Origin: an uncultured Planctomycetales bacterium
Lineage (GTDB): Bacteria > Planctomycetota > Phycisphaerae > UBA1845 > Fen-1342
Direction of reading: 5' to 3'
Assembly: GCA_964643885.1 (NCBI GenBank)
Contig: CAZXUI010000010.1
Coordinates: forward strand, 6,541-65,840
DNA length: 59,300 nucleotides
Positions 10,833 through 19,731 of this stretch are shown here, in pieces. A model generated the notes under the pieces. It was given only the letters and a program-made list of their open reading frames with translations. It was not told the DNA's origin and made no database searches. The translations under genes were made by a program, and so were the position numbers. Every line of letters begins with the position of its first letter. The first letter of the stretch is position 1.

Positions 10833-13800
10833 GTGCGGCCGAGCACGCTGATCTGGCGCAGTCTTCGCTACCATGCGCGCACGAACGCCGCCGTGATGCT
10901 GGGCGTGGCGGTCGGGACGGCCGTGCTGAGCGGGGCGCTGCTGGTGGGCGATTCGATGCGGGCGAGCCTGCGCGAGAATGCACTGGCACGGCTCGGGCGC
11001 GTCGAACAGGCGGTGATCGGCACACGGTTCTTTCCGGCGTCTGTGGCTGAGCGGCTCAAGCCGCGCGTCGGCGGGCAGCGGGTCGAGCCGCTGATCGCGC
11101 TGAGCGGCGCGGCCACCCAGGCCGAGTCGCGGCGGCGGGCCGGCGGCGTGAGTGTGCTGGGCGTCGGGGCGGAGTTTCCGGCGGCCGTTTTCGGCGAAGC
11201 GGCGTTCGGGGCGGAATTCGGCGGGCGGGTGGCGATTCTTAATCGGCGGCTGGCGGATGAACTGCGGGCGGCGGCGGGAGATGACGTGCTGGTGCGGCTC
11301 GGCCGGCCGGCGGCGGTGTCGGCCGAGACGCTGCTGGGACGGCGCGACCAGCAGACGGTGACGCTGCGGTTGCGGGTGGTGAAGGTGATCCCGCAATCCG
11401 GCGCGGGCGGGTTCTCGCTGGCGCCGCAATCGCTGCCGCCGGCGAGCGCGTTCATTCCGCTGGACACATTGCAGGCGGCCCTCGGGCAGTCCGAGCGCGT
11501 CAATACGCTGCTGCTGTGCGGCCGGGAAGGCTCAGCGCCCGGCGGCCCGGAGACGGAGCGTGTGCGCGAGGCGGTCGCGCAGGTGGCGCGGCTGGAGGAC
11601 TTCGGGGTGCGCCTCCGCACCGGTCCCACCCCCCTGCCGGAATCGCCGGACACCAGTCAGCCGGCGGGTGCATACGTCGCCGTCGAGTCGGACAGCGTGC
11701 TGCTGGATCCGCCGATCGAGCAGGCGGCCGAGGCGCTGGCGGCGGAGTGGCGCGGCGGGACACAACGTGTGCTGGCGTACCTGGCGAATCGCATCGAGCG
11801 GATTGCGGGCGAGGACGCGGCGACGCGGCCGAGCGCGGCGGCCGTTCCCTACTCGACCGCGGTCGCGATCGACGAGGCAGCAGAGTTGCGGCTGGTGGAC
11901 GGTTCACCCGCGCCGCGGCCGGCGGCCGGCGAAATCCTGATCAACGGGTGGACGGCGCAGCAGCTCGGCGCGGCCGTGGGCGAGAGCCTGCGGATCACCT
12001 ATTACGTGACTGGCGCGTTCGGCGAGCTCGAGACGCACGAACGAGTTCTCACGTTGCGCGGCATCGTCCGAATGGACGCGGCGGCGGCGGACGCCGGCTT
12101 CGTCCCCGAGTATCCGGGCATTACCGACTCGCCGCGCATTTCCGACTGGGACCCGCCCTTTCCCGTCGATCTGGGGCAGATTCGCGACGTGGATGAGCAA
12201 TACTGGGAGCAGTATCGCACGGCGCCCAAGGCGTTCCTCGCGTTGCGTGAGGGGCAGGCGCTGTGGGCCGACCGGGCCGAGCAGATCGGCCGGCTGACCT
12301 CCGTTCGCTTCTACGCCCGCGGCGGCGAGCCGCTCGATGCGGTGCGGGCGCACGTGGCCGCGGGACTGTTGCGGCGGCTGGCGCCGGAGGCGGCCGGCCT
12401 GCGGGTCGAGCCCGTGCGAGCGCGGGCGGAGGAGGCGAGCGGCGGATCGACCGATTTTGGCGGGCTTTTCATCGGTTTCAGCCTGTTTCTGATCGGCTCG
12501 GCCGGCATGCTGGTCGCGCTGCTCTTTCGACTCGGCGTGGAGCGGCGGGCGTCGCAGATCGGATTGCTGCTGGCATGCGGAATCAATCAGGCGAGCGTGC
12601 GGCGGCTGTTGCTGGCGGAGGGGACGATCGTCGCGGCCGTCGGTGCGCTGCTGGGCACGGGCGGAGCGATCGTCTATGCCGCGGTGATGATCCACGGCCT
12701 GCGGACCTGGTGGGCGGAGGCGGCGACGGCGCCGTTTCTGTCGTTGCACGTGTCGGGCGAGAGTCTGGCGATCGGTTACGTCGCGGCGTTGCTGCTCGGG
12801 CTGGGGTCGATCGCGCTGGCGCTGCGCGGCATCACGCGGCTCAGTGCCCGAGCCCTGCTGTCGGGCAGCGTGGCGGCGACGCGGCTCACCGGCCGGGGCG
12901 GCCGGTCGAGGGCGGCGCAGGCCGCCGGGCTCGCGGCGCTGCTGGTGGCGGCAGTGTGTCTGGCGGCGAGCGCTTTTCTCGGGTCGACGGCCGCGGCGGC
13001 GGCGTTTTTCGGCGGGGCCGTGGCGTTGCTGGTCGCGGGTCTGGCGGGGCTGCGAATCATGCTCGACGAGGAGCCGCGCACGGCCGTCACGCGACCTGGA
13101 GGGATGGCGCTGGTACGCATGGGCGCCCGCAACGTGCAGCGGCACGCCGGGCGGAGCCTGCTGACGGCGGGGCTGATTGCGTCGGCGTCCTTTCTGATCG
13201 TGGCGGTCGGCGCGTTCCGGCTCGAGGCGCCGGGGGACGCGACGCGACCCGACTCGGGGACGGGCGGGTTCGTGCTCATCGGGCAAGCCGCCACGCCGGT
13301 GCTCCAGGACCTGAATACGCCGGCCGGGCGCGAGGCGCTTTCGCTGTCGGACGAGGCGCGGGCGATGCTGGACGAGGCGGAAGTGATCGCGCTGCGGCGT
13401 TCGGGCGGTGACGAGACGAGCTGCCTGAATCTCTATCGCCCAACGCAGCCGGCGATCCTGGGCGCCACGCGGGCGATGATCGAGCGGGGCGGGTTCGTGT
13501 TCGCCAGGAGCCGCGCCCGCTCGGCCGAGGAGCGGGCCAATCCCTGGGCGCTGCTGGAGCTGCGCTTCGACGACGGCGCGATTCCGGTGATCGGCGATGA
13601 GGCGTCGGTGATGTGGCAGTTGCACAAGGGGCTGGGCCAGGACCTGGTGATCCGGGACGGGCGCGGGCGCGACGCGACGCTGCGCTTCGTGGCCCTGCTG
13701 CGCGGGAGTGTGCTTCAGAGCGAGCTGATCGTCAGCGAGCAGAACTTCACGCGGCTCTTCCCGCGGATCAGCGGGTACGGAACGTTCCTGATCGCATGCA

Positions 13801-14294
13801 AACCGGATGCGGCCGGGGCGATCGAGACGTCGCTCGAGCGAGACCTGGAGCCGTACGGGCTGGACCTGGGTTCGACGCTCGACCGCCTGCGGGCCTATTC
13901 GGCGGTTCAGAACACCTACTTGTCGGCGTTTCAATCGCTGGGCGGACTGGGGCTGGTGCTGGGGACGATCGGGCTGGCGGCGGTGGTGCTGCGAAGCGTC
14001 TGGGAGCGGCGGGCGGAGTTGGCGCTGCTTCAGGCGCTGGGTTATTCGCGGGCGGCCGTCGAAGTGCTCGTATTGAGCGAGCATGCGCTGCTCGTGGTGA
14101 TCGGGCTGGTGCTCGGGATCGGGCCGGCGATTCTGGCGACGCTGCCACAGCTCGCGGATCGCCCGGAGGCGTTCCCGTGGAGCGGGCTTGCCGTGACGCT
14201 CGTCGGCGTGCTGGTGGTGGGGATGGCAGCGGCCGCGCTGGCCGTGTTGGCGTCGCTGCGCGAGCGGTTGCTGGGATCGCTGCGGGCGGAGTAA
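10833..14294 (+). CDS. Large ABC transporter permease with two FtsX-like domains (MacB/LolE-like, fused).
   Basis: 1153 aa. Two blocks of four TM helices separated by large periplasmic domains. Directly follows the LolD-like ATPase. Confidence 0.75.
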   Translation: MRPSTLIWRSLRYHARTNAAVMLGVAVGTAVLSGALLVGDSMRASLRENALARLGRVEQAVIGTRFFPASVAERLKPRVGGQRVEPLIALSGAATQAESRRRAGGVSVLGVGAEFPAAVFGEAAFGAEFGGRVAILNRRLADELRAAAGDDVLVRLGRPAAVSAETLLGRRDQQTVTLRLRVVKVIPQSGAGGFSLAPQSLPPASAFIPLDTLQAALGQSERVNTLLLCGREGSAPGGPETERVREAVAQVARLEDFGVRLRTGPTPLPESPDTSQPAGAYVAVESDSVLLDPPIEQAAEALAAEWRGGTQRVLAYLANRIERIAGEDAATRPSAAAVPYSTAVAIDEAAELRLVDGSPAPRPAAGEILINGWTAQQLGAAVGESLRITYYVTGAFGELETHERVLTLRGIVRMDAAAADAGFVPEYPGITDSPRISDWDPPFPVDLGQIRDVDEQYWEQYRTAPKAFLALREGQALWADRAEQIGRLTSVRFYARGGEPLDAVRAHVAAGLLRRLAPEAAGLRVEPVRARAEEASGGSTDFGGLFIGFSLFLIGSAGMLVALLFRLGVERRASQIGLLLACGINQASVRRLLLAEGTIVAAVGALLGTGGAIVYAAVMIHGLRTWWAEAATAPFLSLHVSGESLAIGYVAALLLGLGSIALALRGITRLSARALLSGSVAATRLTGRGGRSRAAQAAGLAALLVAAVCLAASAFLGSTAAAAAFFGGAVALLVAGLAGLRIMLDEEPRTAVTRPGGMALVRMGARNVQRHAGRSLLTAGLIASASFLIVAVGAFRLEAPGDATRPDSGTGGFVLIGQAATPVLQDLNTPAGREALSLSDEARAMLDEAEVIALRRSGGDETSCLNLYRPTQPAILGATRAMIERGGFVFARSRARSAEERANPWALLELRFDDGAIPVIGDEASVMWQLHKGLGQDLVIRDGRGRDATLRFVALLRGSVLQSELIVSEQNFTRLFPRISGYGTFLIACKPDAAGAIETSLERDLEPYGLDLGSTLDRLRAYSAVQNTYLSAFQSLGGLGLVLGTIGLAAVVLRSVWERRAELALLQALGYSRAAVEVLVLSEHALLVVIGLVLGIGPAILATLPQLADRPEAFPWSGLAVTLVGVLVVGMAAAALAVLASLRERLLGSLRAE

Positions 14295-14496
14295 ATGCGC
14301 CGGGCCGCGGACCGGCCGGGACGCGGGCGGCGCTTCGTGCATATCATGCTGCATACGGGTGTCGCGGGGCGTCGTGCCGCCGCGTAGGGATCGATCAGGC
14401 CGTATCCGAGCGGTCTGACGACTGCTTCACACGGATTCAGACCGGGCTTCACGCTCGCCGGCGCGGCCGGCGGAAACTCGCACAGGAGATGATTCG

Positions 14497-15726
14497 ATGA
14501 ACCAGCGATGCAATCGCCTGCTGCTCGTGCCGATCTGCGTGGCCATGCTTGCCGGTGCGGCCGCGGCGGACGACTGGCCGAACTTCCTCGGCCCGAACTA
14601 CGACTCGAAGTCGAGCGAGAAGGGTCTGCGGTATGCGTGGACCGAGCCGTTGCCGCTGCTGTGGGAGCGAGACATCGGCTCGGCCTTCAGCGGCATCTCC
14701 TGCGTGGACGGGCGGGCGTACACGTGCGGCACCGCGGACGGCGAGCAGGTGCTCTACTGCCTGAACGCCGACACGGGTGAGGTGATCTGGCAGCAGGCGT
14801 TCGAGGGCGAGTATCGCGAGAGCCAGGGCGGCGACGGAACGCGGGCCACGCCGACGGTGCATGAGGGGCGGGTGTATATCTTCGGCGCACTGGGGACTTT
14901 CGCCTGCTATGACGCCAAGGACGGCCGCGAGCTGTGGAAGCACGATTTCAACGCCGAGCCGCGCTGGGGCTACAGCGGATCGGTGCTGATCGAGGGCGAC
15001 CTGGCGGTGATCTCTCCGGGCGGTGCGGCCGGGGCATTGCTGGCGGTGAACAAGAACACCGGCGAGCGGGTCTGGTCGGCCGGCAAAGACGGTGCGGGCT
15101 ACGCCACGCCCTATCCGTTCACGCTCAGCGGCAAGCGCTACCTGGTCGGTTTCGTGGCGCAGGCGGCGATGATCGTCGAGGCGGCGACGGGGCGCGAGGT
15201 GTGGCGAACGCCGTGGCGGACGGACTGGGACGTGAACGCGGCCTCGCCGATCTTCCACGACGGCGATCTGTTCATCAGCTCGGGCTATCGCACGGGCAGC
15301 GCGCTGTTCAAGCTGGAGCCGGACGGCGACAAGCTCAAAGGCACGAAGGTGTGGGAGAACGACGTGCTGATGAGCAAATTCCAGACGCCGGTGCTGGTCG
15401 ACGGGTTTCTGTACGCGAGCGATCAGAACGGACTGCGCTGTGTGAACTGGAAGACGGGCGAGGCGGCGTGGCGCGAGCGGCGGCTGAAGGCCGGCGGTGC
15501 GTCGGCGACGAACGGAACGATGGTCTACGCCGACGGGCACCTGTTTCTGCTGACCGAGTCGGGCGAGCTCGTGATCGCCAAGGCGTCGCCCGAGGGGTTC
15601 GAGCCGATCACGCAGGCGAAGATTCTCAGCGGGCGCTGCTGGACCGTGCCGACGCTCTACAACGGGCGGATCTATGCCCGGAATCTGACTCGGCTGGCGG
15701 CTTTCGACCTGCGGGCGCAGCAGTAG
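14497..15726 (+). CDS. Secreted PQQ-like beta-propeller repeat protein.
   Basis: 409 aa. Signal peptide MNQRCNRLLLVPICVAMLAGAAAADDW. Repeated GxxYxxG/DG…W blades. RBS-like AGGAG upstream. Confidence 0.8.
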   Translation: MNQRCNRLLLVPICVAMLAGAAAADDWPNFLGPNYDSKSSEKGLRYAWTEPLPLLWERDIGSAFSGISCVDGRAYTCGTADGEQVLYCLNADTGEVIWQQAFEGEYRESQGGDGTRATPTVHEGRVYIFGALGTFACYDAKDGRELWKHDFNAEPRWGYSGSVLIEGDLAVISPGGAAGALLAVNKNTGERVWSAGKDGAGYATPYPFTLSGKRYLVGFVAQAAMIVEAATGREVWRTPWRTDWDVNAASPIFHDGDLFISSGYRTGSALFKLEPDGDKLKGTKVWENDVLMSKFQTPVLVDGFLYASDQNGLRCVNWKTGEAAWRERRLKAGGASATNGTMVYADGHLFLLTESGELVIAKASPEGFEPITQAKILSGRCWTVPTLYNGRIYARNLTRLAAFDLRAQQ

Positions 15727-15916
15727 ATCGGGCCGGACCGGCCTGCGGATCACCGGCGGTTATGAGAATCGGCCGGCTTTCAAATGGACAACGCGGGTGA
15801 GTATGAATTAGGCTTCTCTTGAAGGGGGTGGTGCGCGGTGGCCGCGGAGCGGCGCAGACCGGCGCCACATGTCCGGCCGGCCCATGGGGGCACCGCCCTC
15901 GCTCAGGAGGAAGGCC

Positions 15917-16624
15917 ATGCTCGCCGATCTCTCGCTGCTGCTTGCGGATCTTTACGAGACGCTGAGCGCGTCGTACTGGTTCTTTCTGATCGTCGGCGGC
16001 GGGATGATCCTGATCTCGACGCTGTCAGGCGGGAGTTCGTCCGACGCGTCGCTCGATGCGCCCGCGGACGCGGATTTCGGCGGCGCCTCGCTGGGCGAGG
16101 CGGACGTGGGCGTCGACGCGGGGGCCGACGTCGGTGCGGACGTGGGGGCGGATGTGCACGCCGGCCACGGGCTGGAGGCCGTGCACGCCGTCAAGGGCGG
16201 CGCGCTGTCTCTCTCGAAGTGGTTCTCGCTGCGATTCCTGATCTATGCGATGGCGTCGTTCGGCGCCGTCGGGGCGATTCTCTCGAACGTCACGGAGCTG
16301 GCGCCGCCGGCCGTGGCAGCCAGTGCATTGCTGGCCGGCCTGGTCGTCGGCCAGGGCGTGCACCAGATCCTGCGCGCGGTGCGGCGCACGTCGGGCGACA
16401 GCACACCCCAGGCCAACGAGTACGTGAACAAGCTGGCCCGCGTGACGATTCCGATCGAATCGGCCGGGCGGGGCGAGATTTCACTGGTGGTTCGCGCCAG
16501 CACGCGTTTCGTGCCGGCCGTCTCGGCCCAGGGGCCGCGCTCGTTCGCCGCGGGGGAGGAAGTGGTGGTGGTGGCGTATCGCGGCGGCGTGGCCGAGGTG
16601 GTCACGCGGGACCAGGCGACGTAG
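15917..16624 (+). CDS. NfeD-like membrane protein (short NfeD/YuaF/YqiJ type) with a C-terminal OB-fold.
   Basis: TM helices. A GADV-rich linker (GVDAGADVGADVGADV). C-terminal beta-rich segment GEISLVVRAS…GEEVVVVAYRGGVAEVV. AGGAGG lies 8 nt upstream of the ATG. Sits upstream of a flotillin gene, the classic pairing. Confidence 0.7.
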   Translation: MLADLSLLLADLYETLSASYWFFLIVGGGMILISTLSGGSSSDASLDAPADADFGGASLGEADVGVDAGADVGADVGADVHAGHGLEAVHAVKGGALSLSKWFSLRFLIYAMASFGAVGAILSNVTELAPPAVAASALLAGLVVGQGVHQILRAVRRTSGDSTPQANEYVNKLARVTIPIESAGRGEISLVVRASTRFVPAVSAQGPRSFAAGEEVVVVAYRGGVAEVVTRDQAT

Positions 16625-16735
16625 GCCGGCCGGCCGCCGCTCGGCCGGCTCGCTGCCGAATCGAGTGGCACACTCAGGCTCGCAACTCGGCGTCGGCGCG
16701 ACGCCGAAACGGACCGCAGAGGTAGGAGTTCGCCC

Positions 16736-18094
16736 ATGCTGACACTCATGCTCGCCCAGATCAATCCCGGTACGCAGGCCGCGATCTTCTTCGGAGTGGT
16801 CGCACTCGTGCTGGTCATCGGTGTGATCGTGCTGATCGCCAAGCTGACGGTGGTCGGCAACCCCAGCGAGATGCTGATCATCAGCGGCAACCGGCAGCGC
16901 GACGGGCTGGGCTACCGCACGCTGATCGGCGGGCGGACGCTAGTGATACCGATCTTCGAGAAGGTCGACCGGCTCAGCCTGCGTAACATGCAGGTCGCGC
17001 TGGAGGTCAAGGCCCAGAGCGGCGGCGGAACGATGCTGCCGATCACCGTTACGGGCGTGGCCAACGTGAAGGTATCGAGCGACCCGGCCGAGCGGGCCAA
17101 CGCGATCGAGCGATTTCTCGGGCAGCCGTCGGCGGAGTTGCAGCGCGTCGCGCGTGAGACGCTGGAGGGCGGCCTGCGGGCGGTGATCGGCAAGATGGTG
17201 CCCGAGGAGATGGTGCAGGACCGCGACAAGTTCGTGGCGACGGTGATGCGCGAGGTGGCGGACGACTTCCGCAAGCTCGGTCTGCTGATCGACAGCGTCA
17301 ATATCCAGAACGTGCACGACGAGCAGCAGTACCTCGAGTCGATCGCCCGCAAGGCGCGGGCGGAAGTGATCTCGGCCGCGCGAAAGGCCGAAGCGGAGCG
17401 CGCCAGCGAGGCCGTCGTGAAGGAAGCGGAAGCGAACGCAGCCGCGCGGCGGGCGAAGGCGGAGCGCGACGCGGAGGCGAAGGCGGCCGAGGCGCTCGCG
17501 ATGCAGCGCTCGGAGCAGGCGCGATACAGTTCCGAAAAGGCGATCGCCGAGGCCGAGAACGAGGTTCGCATCCGCAGGGCCGAGCTGGCCCGCGAGGCGG
17601 CGCTGAAGGAAGCCCAGCAGCAGGAAGCCGCGGCGACGGCCGAACAGGCCCGACTCGCGGCGACGGAGGTCGCCCGGGCGCTGGCAGCCCGCGACGTGGC
17701 CCGTGCGAAGGCCGAGGGCGAGGCGGCCCGGACGCTCGAAGACGGCCGGGCCCGTGCGGCTGCGATCGAGCTGATCGGCACGGCCATCCAGAAGCACCCC
17801 GAGGCGCTGAAGGTCATGCTGGTCGAGATGTACCCGAACCTCGTCGAGCAGCTCGCGATGACCGTGGCCGACGTGAAGCTCGGGAACGTGACGGTGGTCG
17901 ACGGCGGCGACGGAACCGGCATCGCCGGCGCGGCGCTGGGGCGGGCGCGGATGCTCTCGGAATCGCTGGCGACGCTGGAGTCGGTGCTCGGTGTGGACCT
18001 GCGGAAGCTGTCGCAGTCCATCGCGGGGAATATCGCCGGCGGGCGGAACGGGCCGGCGGACGTGGAAGAGACGCATGTGACGCCTGAGGCGTAG
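16736..18094 (+). CDS. Flotillin-like SPFH/band-7 protein (FloT/YqiK-like).
   Basis: 452 aa. N-terminal TM, SPFH domain, then a long Ala/Glu-rich coiled coil (AEAERASEAVVKEAEANAAARRAKAERDAEAKAAEA). Confidence 0.85.
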   Translation: MLTLMLAQINPGTQAAIFFGVVALVLVIGVIVLIAKLTVVGNPSEMLIISGNRQRDGLGYRTLIGGRTLVIPIFEKVDRLSLRNMQVALEVKAQSGGGTMLPITVTGVANVKVSSDPAERANAIERFLGQPSAELQRVARETLEGGLRAVIGKMVPEEMVQDRDKFVATVMREVADDFRKLGLLIDSVNIQNVHDEQQYLESIARKARAEVISAARKAEAERASEAVVKEAEANAAARRAKAERDAEAKAAEALAMQRSEQARYSSEKAIAEAENEVRIRRAELAREAALKEAQQQEAAATAEQARLAATEVARALAARDVARAKAEGEAARTLEDGRARAAAIELIGTAIQKHPEALKVMLVEMYPNLVEQLAMTVADVKLGNVTVVDGGDGTGIAGAALGRARMLSESLATLESVLGVDLRKLSQSIAGNIAGGRNGPADVEETHVTPEA

Positions 18095-18109
18095 CCGCCG
18101 CGAGCGTGG

Positions 18110-19348
18110 TCAGCGCCGCGAGCCGGCCGCCGCAGCGTGGATGCTCTCGAGCGTGCGGACGAACTGGGCGCCGAGCTGCTTGCGGGCGAACTGCCGCTCG
18201 GCGAGCTGGCGGGCCCGGCGGCCCATCTCCGGCAGCTCGCCGCGGTGGTCGCGCAGCCAGACGACAGCGTCGGCGAAGGCCGCCGGATCATCCGGCGGCA
18301 CGACCCGGCCGCAGCGGTTCTCCTCGATCAATCCGGCCAGCCAGCCCGGGTAGTTATTGAGCACCGGCAGACCGGCTGCGATGTAATCGAAGAACTTGTT
18401 GGGAGACGTGCCGAAGTAGAAGGCGGGGATGTTCTTGAGGATCATCATGCCCACGTCCATGCGCGGCAGAACGCGGGCGAGCTCTTCCTTGGGGATGAAC
18501 GGAATCCACGAGATGATCCGGTCCGTGCCCTCGCGCTGAGATCGGGCGATAAGGCTGTCGCGCAGGGCGCCCTGGCCGATGAAGACGAAGCGGATGCCCT
18601 TCTCGCCGCGGCGCAGCAGCTCGGCCGCGGCGTCGAGGACGGCATCCAGGCCGTTGGCCAGGCCGTGGGCGCCGGTGAAGACGAGCCGGAAGTCGTCCGG
18701 CGCGCCGAAGCGCGGGTCGTCGAGCGGCTCGTCGGAGGGCTGAAACAGATCCAGGTCGCTGGCGTTGGGAATCATCGTCGTCTGCTCGCGCGGATAGCCG
18801 GTGGAGCAGATGCCGTCTTGAATGCCGGGGGCGAGCGCGACGATGTGCCGCGCGGCGAAGTAGATCTTCCGCTCCAGGCGCCGCACGTACCACTTGAGCA
18901 GCGGGTTGCGGATCACGCCGAGGGCGATCGGCAGCTCGGGCCAGAGATCGCGCACCTCGAAGACGAAGGGCACGCCGAGGCGACGCGCCCCTTTCATTCC
19001 CGGGATGCCGACGGTCAGCGGCGTCGAGGTCGCGAAGACCAGGTCGGCGTCGAGCTTCGTGACGACGCGCTGGGCGGCGCGGGCGAAGCGGCCGAAGGCC
19101 AGCACGCGGCGAGCGAAGCTCATCCTGTTCGAATAGGGCTCGGCGATGCAGTGCACGCGGATGCCGTCGATCTCCATCTCGCTGACGGGCCTGCTCTGGT
19201 CGAGCACGCCGGCGGCCGCCTCCGTCACGCCGCAGATCATGCTGACGCGATGGCCGGCCTCGATAAGGCAGCGCGAAAGCTCGTAGGAGCGCGTGCCGGT
19301 CGCGCCCTTGCGGGTGGAGAAATGCTGATGGATGTAGGCCACGTGCAT
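18110..19348 (-). CDS. Glycosyltransferase family 4 (WbuB/WcaI-like).
   Basis: Start at MHVAYIHQHFSTRKGATGTRSYE, the typical GT4 N-terminus. The tool ORF extends to 19501 with an unlikely leader. Confidence 0.8.
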   Translation of the reverse strand: MHVAYIHQHFSTRKGATGTRSYELSRCLIEAGHRVSMICGVTEAAAGVLDQSRPVSEMEIDGIRVHCIAEPYSNRMSFARRVLAFGRFARAAQRVVTKLDADLVFATSTPLTVGIPGMKGARRLGVPFVFEVRDLWPELPIALGVIRNPLLKWYVRRLERKIYFAARHIVALAPGIQDGICSTGYPREQTTMIPNASDLDLFQPSDEPLDDPRFGAPDDFRLVFTGAHGLANGLDAVLDAAAELLRRGEKGIRFVFIGQGALRDSLIARSQREGTDRIISWIPFIPKEELARVLPRMDVGMMILKNIPAFYFGTSPNKFFDYIAAGLPVLNNYPGWLAGLIEENRCGRVVPPDDPAAFADAVVWLRDHRGELPEMGRRARQLAERQFARKQLGAQFVRTLESIHAAAAGSRR

Positions 19349-19731
19349 CGCGGATACTCGCGCGCGTAACGGGCCGGCCCCGTGCTGTCGGCCGAGCCGG
19401 CAAGGCTGCGTACGATACAGATCGGCCGCCGGTGCGGCAAACGTGCGATGGGCGTCGCGCCCCGGATGCGCGAAGCACGAATTATCGCTCGTCTCGTACA
19501 AGCGGCCGAGAATCGGAGAATACGGCCGAAACGTCCGCTATCGGCAGGTATTTCGATCCGCGGTGACGGTGCGTCGTCGCAATTCTTGCCCCACCCTCTC
19601 TCTTTTCCCAAGTTACCAGTGTGATGTCGAACTCCGTCAGGGCAATAGGCTCGGCGGGGTCGGCGGCTGGTTGTGGGGGCCGGCGCAAGCCGGAGACAGC
19701 GCCGCCGAAAGGCATCCGGGGGAAAGAAGCC

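Noticed and set aside
19349-19731. The lower-GC 380-bp divergent intergenic region as a small mobile insertion or ncRNA.
   Set aside because: It is the shared promoter region of divergently transcribed GT4 and lipoprotein genes. The AT-richer composition is expected for promoters, and no repeat or structure stood out.
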